Origin: Patescibacteria group bacterium
GTDB lineage: Bacteria > Patescibacteriota > Minisyncoccia > UBA6257 > 2-01-FULL-56-20
Direction of reading: 5' to 3'
DNA length: 64,000 nucleotides
NCBI GenBank assembly: GCA_038063755.1
Contig: JBBTUL010000013.1
Span: 12,876 to 76,875, forward strand
A model generated the notes under the pieces. The model was not told where the DNA came from. It ran no database searches and was given only the letters and a program-made list of their open reading frames with translations. Below, in pieces: positions 9,265-18,841 of this stretch (the first letter of the stretch is position 1; each line of letters starts with the position of its first letter). The translations under genes and the position numbers were made by a program.

Positions 9265-11217
9265 ATGGCAAAAAAAGGAGCAAAAATCGAAGATGGGAAA
9301 AAGAAAAAGCAGGACATAAATCCTTCATACGACGCGAAGGATATTTACGTTTTGGAGGGTCTCGATCCAGTGCGAAAGCGTCCGGGAATGTATATTGGTT
9401 CGACTGGACCGGACGGATTGCATCATCTTATTTGGGAAGTCGTAGACAATTCGATCGATGAGGCGATGGCGGGACATGCAAAAACTATTACCGTAGAACT
9501 TTTACCAGGGAATCAGATTGCGGTTCAGGATGATGGACGCGGCATTCCAATCGACATTCATCCGCAAACGAAAAAATCAGCACTTGAGACCGTAATGACC
9601 ACGCTCCATGCCGGAGGAAAATTCGGGGGATCCGGATATAAGGTCTCCGGTGGCCTTCACGGCGTCGGTGCATCCGTGGTAAACGCTCTTTCCGAGTGGA
9701 TGCGTGTTGAGGTTTGTCGTGATGGGGGACTCTACGTGCAAGAGTACAAACAAGGAAAACCGACAAGCAAGGTAAAAAAGGTTTCCTCATGTTCCGCGAC
9801 GGGAACGAAATCGATCTTCTCGCCTGATCCATCCATCTTTTCGACAATCGAATTTAACGAGAAACGTATCATCGAGCGATTGCGGCAAGAGGCATATCTT
9901 ACAAAAGGCGTTCGTATCCATTTCATCAATCGCATCGAGGAGCAAATAGAGGCTTATGGTTTTTACTTTGAAGGAGGGCTTCTTTCGTTTATTAAGTATC
10001 TTACGAGGAACGAAAAACCACTTCAAGACGATATTTTCTACGTGCACAAAACACAGGAGAATTTAGAAGTTGAGTCGGCATTTCTGTATGTTGATGATAT
10101 CGAGACGCGAGAGTTGAGTTTCGCAAACCATGTGCATACGCCGGACGGCGGCATGCATCTTACTGGATTTCGTTCGGCGCTTACCCGCACCATCAACAAC
10201 TATGCTCGAGGGGAAGGATATCTGAAGGAAAAAGATGAGAATTTCACAAGCGATGATACGCGAGAAGGTCTTGCGGCGGTTGTTTCGGTAAAACTTCAAA
10301 ATCCGCAGTTTGAGGGACAGACCAAGAATCGACTAGGAAATCCAGATGCGCGGACTGCGGTTGAGGCGGTTATCAATGATTCGCTGAAAGAATTTCTCGA
10401 AAAGCATCCGCAAGAAGCGCGGGGAATTATTGAGAAGGTGATGCTTGCGGCAAAAGCCAGACGAGCGGCGAAAGCGGCGAAGGAGACCGTTCTTCGCAAA
10501 GGCGCGCTCGAAGGCTCGGCTCTTCCCGGCAAGCTTGCGGATTGTACGTCGCGACATCCTGAAGAGTCAGAAATTTTTATTGTAGAAGGAGATTCTGCCG
10601 GCGGTAGCGCGAAGTCGGGGAGAGATAGGCGGACCCAGGCAATTCTGCCGCTCAAGGGAAAGATATTAAACGTCGAGAGGGCCAGACTCGACAAGATGCT
10701 TGCAAATCAAGAAATACGCTCCCTCGTAATCGCGATGGGCGCGGCAATCGGAGACGAGTTTGATATCCAAAAAGTCAGATATCATAAGATAATCCTTATG
10801 ACCGATGCGGATGTGGACGGTGCTCATATCAGGACCTTGCTTCTTACGCTTTTTTACCGTCATTTCCCAAAAGTCATCGAGGCCGGATACCTATATATTG
10901 CCCAGCCACCGCTTTTCCGCTTGCAGTCCGGGAAAGAAGTGAAATATGCTTTTAGTGATGCCGAACGGGATGCGCTTACGAAACAATTCAAAGGACAGAC
11001 CGTGATCGTCAGTCGCTATAAGGGCTTGGGAGAAATGAACCCCGAACAGCTTTGGGAGACAACCATGAACCCAGAAAATCGTGTTATGAAGCAAGTTGGG
11101 GTCCAGGACGCGGAAGAGGCGGATCGAATGTTCGACGTGCTTATGGGAGACGAAGTTGCTCCACGCAAGCATTTTATCCAGACACATGCCGCGAGTGTTC
11201 GAAATCTTGACATTTAA
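9265..11217 (+). CDS. gyrB: DNA gyrase subunit B
   Basis: VRKRPGMYIG, EVVDNSIDE, LHAGGKF, VEGDSAGG, PLKGK, DADVDG, RYKGLGEM, NLDI end. Confidence 0.97.
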   Translation: MAKKGAKIEDGKKKKQDINPSYDAKDIYVLEGLDPVRKRPGMYIGSTGPDGLHHLIWEVVDNSIDEAMAGHAKTITVELLPGNQIAVQDDGRGIPIDIHPQTKKSALETVMTTLHAGGKFGGSGYKVSGGLHGVGASVVNALSEWMRVEVCRDGGLYVQEYKQGKPTSKVKKVSSCSATGTKSIFSPDPSIFSTIEFNEKRIIERLRQEAYLTKGVRIHFINRIEEQIEAYGFYFEGGLLSFIKYLTRNEKPLQDDIFYVHKTQENLEVESAFLYVDDIETRELSFANHVHTPDGGMHLTGFRSALTRTINNYARGEGYLKEKDENFTSDDTREGLAAVVSVKLQNPQFEGQTKNRLGNPDARTAVEAVINDSLKEFLEKHPQEARGIIEKVMLAAKARRAAKAAKETVLRKGALEGSALPGKLADCTSRHPEESEIFIVEGDSAGGSAKSGRDRRTQAILPLKGKILNVERARLDKMLANQEIRSLVIAMGAAIGDEFDIQKVRYHKIILMTDADVDGAHIRTLLLTLFYRHFPKVIEAGYLYIAQPPLFRLQSGKEVKYAFSDAERDALTKQFKGQTVIVSRYKGLGEMNPEQLWETTMNPENRVMKQVGVQDAEEADRMFDVLMGDEVAPRKHFIQTHAASVRNLDI

Positions 11218-11244
11218 TATTTAAATCATTACCATAGAGACCAC

Positions 11245-11436
11245 ATGTTTACGAAGATCAAAAACTTCTTTCTTGAATCGAAGCAAGAGCTGGAACAGGT
11301 CCGATGGCCCACCAGAAAAGAAGGGGTATATCTTACGGGAGTCGTTATCTTTGTCTCTCTCATTTTTGCAGTTTTCTTAGGTGCTTTCGATTACCTTTTT
11401 TCATACGCGCTAAAAGTCTTTGTGCTTAAATCTTAG
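11245..11436 (+). CDS. secE: Preprotein translocase SecE
   Basis: ELEQVRWP + single TM, directly upstream of nusG. Confidence 0.93.
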   Translation: MFTKIKNFFLESKQELEQVRWPTRKEGVYLTGVVIFVSLIFAVFLGAFDYLFSYALKVFVLKS

Positions 11437-11444
11437 ATAACGCC

Positions 11445-12002
11445 ATGACAAAAAACGCTGAAATCAATCAAGAGGCGAAGCCACAGTGGTTTGCGGTCCA
11501 TACCTATTCCGGATACGAAGAGGCGGTCGCGCGCTACCTTCGACAGCGCGTAGAGTCGCTCTCAATGGAGAATAAAATCTTCGACGTTATTGTTCCCGTG
11601 GAGAAAAAAATAAAAGTGAAGAGCGGGAGGAGAACTACCGTCGAAGAGAAAATTTATCCAGGCTATGTCTTGGTCCGAATGATTCTTGCGGAAGATTCCT
11701 GGTATGTAGTCCGAAATACGCCCCGTGTAACCGGATTTGTCGGTGCTGACAACACCAAGCCAACGCCGCTTTCGGAGGAGGAGGTAGAGTCGCTCTTGAA
11801 TCGGATGGGTCGAGACGAAGACAAGTTTAATGTTGACCTCCGTGCGGGAGATCTTGTAAAGATCATTGACGGACCATTCAAGGAATACGACGGAAAGGTT
11901 TCTGAAGTCGACGAAGCCCGCGGTCGGGTAAAAGTGATGGTTCCGGTTTTCGGTAGAGACACCGCAATAGAGCTCGATTCTTTGCAGGTTAAGAAGGTGT
12001 AG
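11445..12002 (+). CDS. nusG: Transcription termination/antitermination factor NusG
   Basis: WFAVHTYSGYE, YPGYVLV, TPRVTGF, KOW domain, FGR. Confidence 0.96.
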   Translation: MTKNAEINQEAKPQWFAVHTYSGYEEAVARYLRQRVESLSMENKIFDVIVPVEKKIKVKSGRRTTVEEKIYPGYVLVRMILAEDSWYVVRNTPRVTGFVGADNTKPTPLSEEEVESLLNRMGRDEDKFNVDLRAGDLVKIIDGPFKEYDGKVSEVDEARGRVKVMVPVFGRDTAIELDSLQVKKV

Positions 12003-12043
12003 AGCTTGCAAACTTTAATTACGATTGATACTATTAGCCAACA

Positions 12044-12469
12044 ATGGCAAAGCCAATTAAGACAGTATTAAAATTGCAAATCGAAGCCGCCAAGGCAAAT
12101 CCAGCGCCACCGATCGGTCCGGCGCTTGGTCAGCACGGGGTAAATATTCAGGATTTCTGTAAGCAATTCAACGAGGCGACGAAAGAGATGGTAGGGGATG
12201 TTGTTCCGGCCGAAATTACGATCTACGACGACAGAAGCTTCACTTTTGTCCTCAAGACATCTCCCGCGTCCGCGCTTCTGCGGAAGGCCGCAGGAGTTGA
12301 GAAAGGATCCGCCGATCCCCTAAAGCAGAAAATTGGGAAGGTGACAAGAGCTCAGGTTATGGAAATTGCCGAAAAAAAGATGGTTGATCTGAATGCAAAC
12401 GACGTTCATGCAGCGATGAAGGTGGTAGAGGGTACAGCCCGCAGCATGGGAATAGAGATTACGGGGTAA
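12044..12469 (+). CDS. rplK: 50S ribosomal protein L11
   Basis: [25 protein letters not shown]. Confidence 0.98.
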   Translation: MAKPIKTVLKLQIEAAKANPAPPIGPALGQHGVNIQDFCKQFNEATKEMVGDVVPAEITIYDDRSFTFVLKTSPASALLRKAAGVEKGSADPLKQKIGKVTRAQVMEIAEKKMVDLNANDVHAAMKVVEGTARSMGIEITG

Positions 12470-12540
12470 TCCGGCTCGATCCCGCCCGCTAGCGACCCAA
12501 GGGAACAGAGACACAATAGACCAGAGTGACATGAAACAAG

Positions 12541-12578
12541 ATCCCGCCCCGACGAAAGTCGGGGCGGGATTTCTTTTT
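12541..12578 (+). terminator. Strong intrinsic terminator after rplK
   Basis: 13-bp perfect stem ATCCCGCCCCGAC-GAAA-GTCGGGGCGGGAT + TTCTTTTT. Confidence 0.9.
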
Positions 12579-12604
12579 GCTCAGAACTAAAATACAATAC
12601 GACC

Positions 12605-13294
12605 ATGAGGAAAAAAGGAAAGTTTTTTGTTATCGAGGGAACAGACGGCTCCGGGAAAACTGCGCAATTTCGGAAGCTTGTTGAGCGGCTAAAGAAGGAT
12701 GGGCGCGACGTTGCCACGTTCGACTTCCCTCAGTACGACAAAGAGTCGTCTTATTTTGTCCGAGAGTATTTAAACGGCAGATACGGGACGGTAAAGGAAG
12801 TAGGACCATACAAGGCATCGCTTTTTTATGCGCTCGATAGATTTGACGTCGCCCCACAGCTCAAAGAATGGAGAGAGAAGAGAATGGTGATTGTCAGCAA
12901 TCGTTATGTTGCGTCGAATATGGGTCATCAGGGAGCAAAAATAAAAAGCGGGAAAAAGAGGAGCGAATTTTTTGTCTGGCTTCACGACCTCGAGCATAAG
13001 GTTCTTGGCATTCCTCGACCGGATCTTACGGTAATTCTTCATGTTCCGGCAAAGATTTCACAGAAACTTGTCGACAAGAAAGGGAAAAGGAAGTATATCG
13101 GTGGAGCGAAGCGGGACATTCATGAAGCAGATCTTTCACATTTAAAACAAGCCGAAAGCGCGTACATAGAGATGGCGAAGGCCTTTCCGGGAGAGGTTCG
13201 CCTTATTGAATGCGTAAAAAACGGAAAGCTTCTTTCAATCGAGGATATTCATGAGCTTCTGTGGGGCGTTGTTTGCGAGTATCTAAAAAAATAA
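12605..13294 (+). CDS. tmk: Thymidylate kinase
   Basis: IEGTDGSGKT P-loop, FPQY, LFYALDR, NRYVAS, PDLT. Confidence 0.9.
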   Translation: MRKKGKFFVIEGTDGSGKTAQFRKLVERLKKDGRDVATFDFPQYDKESSYFVREYLNGRYGTVKEVGPYKASLFYALDRFDVAPQLKEWREKRMVIVSNRYVASNMGHQGAKIKSGKKRSEFFVWLHDLEHKVLGIPRPDLTVILHVPAKISQKLVDKKGKRKYIGGAKRDIHEADLSHLKQAESAYIEMAKAFPGEVRLIECVKNGKLLSIEDIHELLWGVVCEYLKK

Positions 13295-13319
13295 AAACCG
13301 CCTTATTACGGGGCGGTTT
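13295..13319. terminator. Likely bidirectional terminator between tmk and HD gene
   Basis: AAACCGCC..GGCGGTTT inverted repeat between convergent genes. Confidence 0.65.
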
Positions 13320-14631
13320 GGACGATGCCGAGAAGATGGTCCTGGATGAGTTTCGCGTATTTTGGGCTGCTCGCCCTCGCACGAAACTCCTCGGCGACAC
13401 ACACGCGAAGCGCCTGCTGCGATCGCGCCGTCTCGACGAGGCTCTCGAAGTGCTCCGGCCGCATGCTCTGGAGCGAGTCATAAAGACCGCTTGACGAATT
13501 GTATACAGGAATATCTTGCGGTTTGAATTTCTCGCTTCCGGAGACACCCAGGATGACAACGGATGTTTCTGGGATCCCGATGAGTCTTGCGATTTCTCGC
13601 TCGACAGCATCCAGGTAATACATTGACTTCCCATTAACCTTCGGATGCCCTGCAAGCCGCTCAATTACTTCTCTTGGGACACCTACGGTTGTCCGATGTT
13701 TCGTAGATCGGCGATTCGCATAGACAAATTCTTCAGGCCGCAGGGCAAAAGCTTCCTTAAAGAGGTTGCGTACCCTGAACCTCTCATAGAGATATTGCAC
13801 GTCTGGATTTTCCGAAAAAGAAATTCTTCCGATGAGCTCGGAGTCCGTGAGTCCTTCGAGGATATGTGGCTCCAGCTCCTTGCGTGAGAGTAGATAATAG
13901 ATTGTTTTTTGGAGCATTCGCTCTACGATGGCGGATGTCATTCTTAGATATACATTTTTATACATCTTGAGATAGAACATCTGAAGGTCGAGCGCATGAT
14001 CTGCTGCTTTTTCGTCGATTGCAAGGACTTTCCCATCGAGAAGGTAGATGTGCTTTTCGAGGAAGTCAAGTCCAACCGGTGCGCTGCGAATTGTAACCAG
14101 GCCGTCCCTTTCGAGATAGTCGCGCTTGTCCGCTCCTAGGTTTCGGCAGCTCACAATCTGATGACGTGGGTCCTCGTGCCTTGCAAGCGCAAGAACTTTT
14201 TCAGGGTCTACCCCACAAGACTCAATCGCGCTTCGGATCTCAAGGATGCGAAGAACGCTCAACCTGCTGTTTACGCTCATATCGCTAGGACCTGGCGGTT
14301 TGAAGAATGCCTCGGAAAGGTGAGAGTATGGACCGTGCCCCAGGTCATGACAAGCTGCATAAGCCTCGACTGCTCTTCCGGTGTCACTATCGATAAGATT
14401 GAGGTCCACGAGTCTTTGAACCAGACCCCTTGTTCTCTGATATACGCCAATCGAGTGCGCTAACCTTGAGTGGGTTGCGCTCGGAAAGACGACGTATGTC
14501 GCGCCGAGCTGATGTCTTCCGCTCAACAATTGGAACTGTCTTGTCGAGACAATCGGCAAAATCGGCCGAATATCGATTGATCCCAAGACGGGATCGGAGA
14601 TTGTCTTCGGCGACCTGATCGGCTTTCCCAC
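13306..14631 (-). CDS. HD-domain phosphohydrolase, SAMHD1/dNTP triphosphohydrolase-like
   Basis: ISDPVLG, FQ.L...QLG, FPSATHSRLAHSIG, HDLGHGPYSH, ADKRDYL.RD; GGAGG SD before GTG 14631. Confidence 0.88.
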   Translation of the reverse strand: MGKPIRSPKTISDPVLGSIDIRPILPIVSTRQFQLLSGRHQLGATYVVFPSATHSRLAHSIGVYQRTRGLVQRLVDLNLIDSDTGRAVEAYAACHDLGHGPYSHLSEAFFKPPGPSDMSVNSRLSVLRILEIRSAIESCGVDPEKVLALARHEDPRHQIVSCRNLGADKRDYLERDGLVTIRSAPVGLDFLEKHIYLLDGKVLAIDEKAADHALDLQMFYLKMYKNVYLRMTSAIVERMLQKTIYYLLSRKELEPHILEGLTDSELIGRISFSENPDVQYLYERFRVRNLFKEAFALRPEEFVYANRRSTKHRTTVGVPREVIERLAGHPKVNGKSMYYLDAVEREIARLIGIPETSVVILGVSGSEKFKPQDIPVYNSSSGLYDSLQSMRPEHFESLVETARSQQALRVCVAEEFRARASSPKYAKLIQDHLLGIVQTAP

Positions 14632-14741
14632 AGAGCCTCCATAAATCAAGATTCTGCGATTACCATATCGGGATTCGTGAGAAGTTGCAAGCGGTTTTGA
14701 ACTGTTTGCCGCGAAGGTGATACAATGGCACTATCACGATT

Positions 14742-16178
14742 ATGAAGGAACATGTTTCGACAATCGGGCTTGAGATTCATGCGGAGCTCAACACGAGAAC
14801 AAAGATGTTTTGTGATTCTTTGAATGATCCGCACGAGAAAGAGCCGAACCAGAATGTTTGCCCGGTATGTCTTGGTCATCCAGGAGCGCTACCGACGATA
14901 AACAAAAAAGCGATTGAGCATGTTATCCGAACGGGACTTGCGCTTGGCGGGAAAATTGCCGAGCGGACAAAGTTTGATCGCAAAAACTACTTTTACCCAG
15001 ATCTTCCGAAGGGTTACCAGATTTCCCAGTACGACGAACCCCTTGTTTTAGGCGGAGAGCTTTGCGGTGCGCGAATCAAGAGAATTCACCTCGAAGAGGA
15101 TGCCGGGAATCTTATCCATCAAGACGGGCAGAGCCTTGCGGACTACAATCGAGCCGGAGTGCCGCTCATGGAGCTCGTGACAGAGCCGGATATTCGAAGC
15201 GCAGAACAGGCGGTTTTATTTGCAAAAGAACTGCAGCGCATCTTTCGCTATCTTGGCGTTTCTCACGCGAACATGGAGAAAGGGGAGATGCGCGTTGAGG
15301 TGAACATCAGCCTCGACATGGGAACGAAGGTCGAGGTTAAAAACTTGAATTCATTTCGCGCGGTTGAAGGGGCAATACGGTTCGAAGCCGAGAGGCAAAA
15401 AAAGGCGCTTGAAAGCGGCGAGAAAATCATACAAGAGACGCGAGGGTGGGACGACGTGAAGCGGAAGACCATAAGTCAGCGTTCAAAGGAGGAGGCGCAG
15501 GATTATCGCTATTTTCCTGAGCCGGATCTGCCATCATTTACAACTGACGTATTTGACATCGACCGTCTCCGGCTAGAACTGTCGGAACTTCCCCAAGAGA
15601 AACGCGAGCGGTTTATAAAAGAATTCTCGCTTTCTTCCGATCAGGCAGATGTCTTAATAGAAGAAAAGCGTATGGCAGACTACTTCGAAGAGGCGACAAG
15701 CGAACTTGCGGAGAGGGAAAGCGCAGAGGAAGAGGGGATGGAGGGGAAAAAGCGATCTTTTGCGCTTCTTAATAATTATCTTACGAGTGATCTTAAGGGT
15801 CTTTTAAATGTGAGGAAAATTGAGATGCAGGATATGAAGGTGGGTCCAGGGCACCTTGCGCATCTTATCGACCTCATTGCCGACGGCAAAATAACAAGCC
15901 GGCAAGCGAAGGACATGCTCGTGATAATGATTGAAGAGGGCGTCGATCCGGAAGAGATAATGAAAACTCGCGGGTTTGGAACGGTAACCGACGAAGGAGT
16001 TCTTGCTGCAGCGGCGCGCGAAGTGGTTGCGGAAAACGAGAAAGCTGTTTCTGACTACTTAGCAGGAAAAGAAGCTTCGCTACAGTTTCTTATCGGGCAG
16101 GTTATGAAGAGGCTTAAGGGAAGGGGAGAGCCTGCGGTTATTGCCGAACTCTTGAGGCGAGTCATGAGGGGCGAATGA
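14742..16178 (+). CDS. gatB: Asp/Glu-tRNA amidotransferase subunit B
   Basis: IGLEIH, RKNYFYPDLPKGYQISQ, IHLEEDAG, YRYFPEPDL. Confidence 0.97.
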   Translation: MKEHVSTIGLEIHAELNTRTKMFCDSLNDPHEKEPNQNVCPVCLGHPGALPTINKKAIEHVIRTGLALGGKIAERTKFDRKNYFYPDLPKGYQISQYDEPLVLGGELCGARIKRIHLEEDAGNLIHQDGQSLADYNRAGVPLMELVTEPDIRSAEQAVLFAKELQRIFRYLGVSHANMEKGEMRVEVNISLDMGTKVEVKNLNSFRAVEGAIRFEAERQKKALESGEKIIQETRGWDDVKRKTISQRSKEEAQDYRYFPEPDLPSFTTDVFDIDRLRLELSELPQEKRERFIKEFSLSSDQADVLIEEKRMADYFEEATSELAERESAEEEGMEGKKRSFALLNNYLTSDLKGLLNVRKIEMQDMKVGPGHLAHLIDLIADGKITSRQAKDMLVIMIEEGVDPEEIMKTRGFGTVTDEGVLAAAAREVVAENEKAVSDYLAGKEASLQFLIGQVMKRLKGRGEPAVIAELLRRVMRGE

Positions 16179-16248
16179 TTCTTGCGCGCAAGGTTTTCTC
16201 GGAATAGGCTGAAATAAGCATATTCCGAGAAAAGGGATGGAGGTGCTT

Positions 16249-17031
16249 ATGAGAGTCCTTCGGACCGTCTTTGTCCTGCTTCTTTTCTTTACATCTTTCG
16301 CTTATGCCCGAGAACCCACAAGGGTTTGCGGCAGGAAGGATTGGAAGAGTCTTTCGTTTGAGGATGTGCGTGCGCTTAAGACCGTGAGTCTTAAGGGCGG
16401 GACTTGTTCGATTCTTTACGAGAATCTTGCTGCCGATCACAAGAAATGGAGCCGGGTGTTTACCGAAAAGGATGCAGAAGCACTTCGTGCTTCTGGTGAT
16501 CTTGTTTCGTTGCCGCGCGAAGGAGATTTCGGATACGAGTTTGTCCGGTACCATCCGGACTTCGACAAAGAACGAAGGTGGACAAGGCCGCTGGCAAAAG
16601 CGGTACTACTTGATCTTGTCGCAGAGCCATTCTTTGAAGAATTTGGAGTTCCACTCCCCATAAATGCAAGCTTGCGAACAGTTGAGTTTCAAAGGAGGCT
16701 TGCGAAGAAGAATAAAAATGCCGCATCGTCCGTAGGACTTCTTCCAGGTTCGCACTCGCGGGGGGCGACATTCGACATTGGAAAGTATCGCTACCCGGCT
16801 TGGATTCTTGGGCCGAAACCGGAAAGCGAGCTTCGAAAGTTGCGGAAGGAACTCCCGGAGAAAGAGTGGAGGCTTTCGAACGAAGAGGTGATGTGGTTAA
16901 GAACTAGGCTGTTGGTTCTTGAGTCTTGCGGAGTTATTGAGGCAGTCGAAGAGTTCTTTCAGGCAAATTTTCACCTTGAAGTGATAGGAGATGTCGATGC
17001 TCTCTATGCTTGTTTCTTTCCTGAATCCTAA
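16249..17031 (+). CDS. Secreted DUF5715-like / peptidase M15-clan zinc metallopeptidase
   Basis: GGAGG SD, signal peptide, SLRT..FQ.RL...N.NAA, SHSRGATFDI (HxxxxxxD), FH. Confidence 0.65.
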   Translation: MRVLRTVFVLLLFFTSFAYAREPTRVCGRKDWKSLSFEDVRALKTVSLKGGTCSILYENLAADHKKWSRVFTEKDAEALRASGDLVSLPREGDFGYEFVRYHPDFDKERRWTRPLAKAVLLDLVAEPFFEEFGVPLPINASLRTVEFQRRLAKKNKNAASSVGLLPGSHSRGATFDIGKYRYPAWILGPKPESELRKLRKELPEKEWRLSNEEVMWLRTRLLVLESCGVIEAVEEFFQANFHLEVIGDVDALYACFFPES

Positions 17032-17948
17032 ACGCGCTCACCTTGAGCGCATTTTTTTCTCGCGATACGAAGCGCGGACCGTGTATCATGAAACCAGGTA
17101 ATTTCGACATCTTTTTTCCACCAGGTCATTTGCCGCTTTGCGTACTGTATACTTTCCGCTTCAATGGAGCGGAGCATCTCGGCTTTCGTGATTTTTCCGG
17201 ATAGATATTCGGTTATGCGGCGGTACTCAAGCCCGAGAGTCTCGAGGCGATTATCCGAGACCCCATGTTTTTTTAAGTGTCTTACTTCTGCGATCATGCC
17301 CTTTTTGATGCGCTCGCGAAGTCGTTTTGAGATGCGCATTTTAAGATCATTCGGCGTGCGGGAAATACCGATTTTTATGATTTCAAAATTTTTCCAATGT
17401 TTTTTTTCGATCGGGAGAGAGGGAACCGGCTTTTTGGTTGTGAGAACAATTTCGAGAGCTCGTACAAGACGTCTTCTATTAAGCCGGTCAATCGAGGTGG
17501 CGCGAAGGGGGTCTTTTAAGGAAAGTTCTGCGAAAAGTTCTTCCGTAGGTTTCAGGTAAAGCGCTTTGCGGAGTTTTTCGTTCGGCTTTACTTGTGGAAG
17601 GTCGTAATCATAGAGAAGCGCGTCGATGTAGTGGCCAGTTCCTCCGCAAACGATCGGAAATTTACCGCGCCGCGCGATATCAAGAAGCGTTTTTCTTGCT
17701 TTTCTTCGATAGTCTGCGACTGTAAATGTTTTTTTTGGAGAGGCGACGTTGAGAAGATGGTGCGGAACCCCCTTCATTTCACGCTTGGTAATTTTTCCTG
17801 ACCCGAGATCGAGTCCGCGGTAGACCTGGCGAGAGTCGGCAGAAATAATTTCACCGCTTAAAGCTTTTGCGGCTTGAACTGCCAGGGCGGATTTCCCGCT
17901 CGCGGTCGGTCCCACTATTACCAAAATTCTATTTACCCTTGACTTCAT
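17028..17948 (-). CDS. miaA: tRNA dimethylallyltransferase
   Basis: GPTASGKS, SADSRQVY, PHHL, GGTGHY, YAKRQMTW. Confidence 0.97.
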   Translation of the reverse strand: MKSRVNRILVIVGPTASGKSALAVQAAKALSGEIISADSRQVYRGLDLGSGKITKREMKGVPHHLLNVASPKKTFTVADYRRKARKTLLDIARRGKFPIVCGGTGHYIDALLYDYDLPQVKPNEKLRKALYLKPTEELFAELSLKDPLRATSIDRLNRRRLVRALEIVLTTKKPVPSLPIEKKHWKNFEIIKIGISRTPNDLKMRISKRLRERIKKGMIAEVRHLKKHGVSDNRLETLGLEYRRITEYLSGKITKAEMLRSIEAESIQYAKRQMTWWKKDVEITWFHDTRSALRIARKKCAQGERV

Positions 17949-18008
17949 TATATATTTGTACCAGAATTGAGGCAGTTTTGGTATTGATTTACAGGGGAAG
18001 AAAGCCTA

Positions 18009-18467
18009 ATGCGAAGCGAGATGGGCGTTGGTGAGATGATGACCATTCTGAAGGAGCTGGATGCGAGAAGAAAGATGAAAAGAGATATCTTGACCGTGCT
18101 GGAGTTTCTTTTGGAGAGATTGGACACAGACAACATTTTTCCCGAAAAGCATAACGATGGGTTTTCAATTCCGTTACGCGACGGGGGGTATAAATGGGTA
18201 GTTTGTAAGGAGCATGGAGACGTAAGGATTAAGTTTTTTTACCCATATAGGATGTCTGCTCTTGGGATGCAAGAAAAGTCGCGGTCAAAAGTTTTGGACG
18301 TGATTGGATGGAAAATTGAAGGGCGAGATCTTTGTGATCCAAAGATCTCATATGAAATTCTTCCTGCTTTGCACGAGTCGCTTCGTCTTCTACTTTTCGA
18401 AGTTTCAAAAAGATCCAAAGCCGTGGGGGACGCGATAGAGCGTCTTCTTTCTGGCCAGGCGAAGTAG
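18009..18467 (+). CDS. Hypothetical protein
   Basis: 152 aa ORF filling the interval, followed by a terminator. Confidence 0.6.
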   Translation: MRSEMGVGEMMTILKELDARRKMKRDILTVLEFLLERLDTDNIFPEKHNDGFSIPLRDGGYKWVVCKEHGDVRIKFFYPYRMSALGMQEKSRSKVLDVIGWKIEGRDLCDPKISYEILPALHESLRLLLFEVSKRSKAVGDAIERLLSGQAK

Positions 18468-18479
18468 GGGAAATCAAAT

Positions 18480-18510
18480 AACCGCACACACCTGCGGTTT
18501 TTATTTTTTT
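18480..18510 (+). terminator. Intrinsic terminator
   Basis: AACCGCA/TGCGGTT stem + T-rich tail. Confidence 0.7.
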
Positions 18511-18599
18511 CACTCTCGCCGCAAGCGGCTTCCGCAAAAGTTGACAGAATGTGCATCTAGGGTTTTGATGATATCAGAACTTCGAGACGAGGAGCTGAC

Positions 18600-18797
18600 A
18601 TGAAGACGGCGACAAAGGTTGTCATTTTGGGCGGAGGAATTGCCCTGCTTTCATTCTTTCTTAGCCATCATCGGTCGCCCAAGACCAGCAAGGCCAAGAA
18701 AGACGACCTTCATCGGCGATACGAAGTCAACCTCGAAGATGACTTCGCAGCCGATCTCGTCTTGCTTGGCGAAATGCCTCGTCCGGTAACGGGCTGA
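18600..18797 (+). CDS. Small N-terminally anchored membrane protein
   Basis: GAGGAG SD, TTGACA upstream, one TM then charged tail. Confidence 0.6.
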   Translation: MKTATKVVILGGGIALLSFFLSHHRSPKTSKAKKDDLHRRYEVNLEDDFAADLVLLGEMPRPVTG

Positions 18798-18811
18798 ATT
18801 TATTTCGCAGG

Positions 18812-18841
18812 ACCCCCGCCAATTAAAACGGCGGGTTTTTT
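18812..18841. terminator. Terminator between small ORF and thrS
   Basis: CCCGCC/GGCGGG stem + T6. Confidence 0.65.

Noticed and set aside
12470-12500. GGCTCGATCCCG resembling a tRNA T-arm after rplK
   Set aside because: No TTCG, no cloverleaf or acceptor stem could be built, no CCA
9265-16178. gyrB without gyrA and gatB without gatCA as gene losses
   Set aside because: Operon splitting is common in such genomes; the partners may lie outside the window
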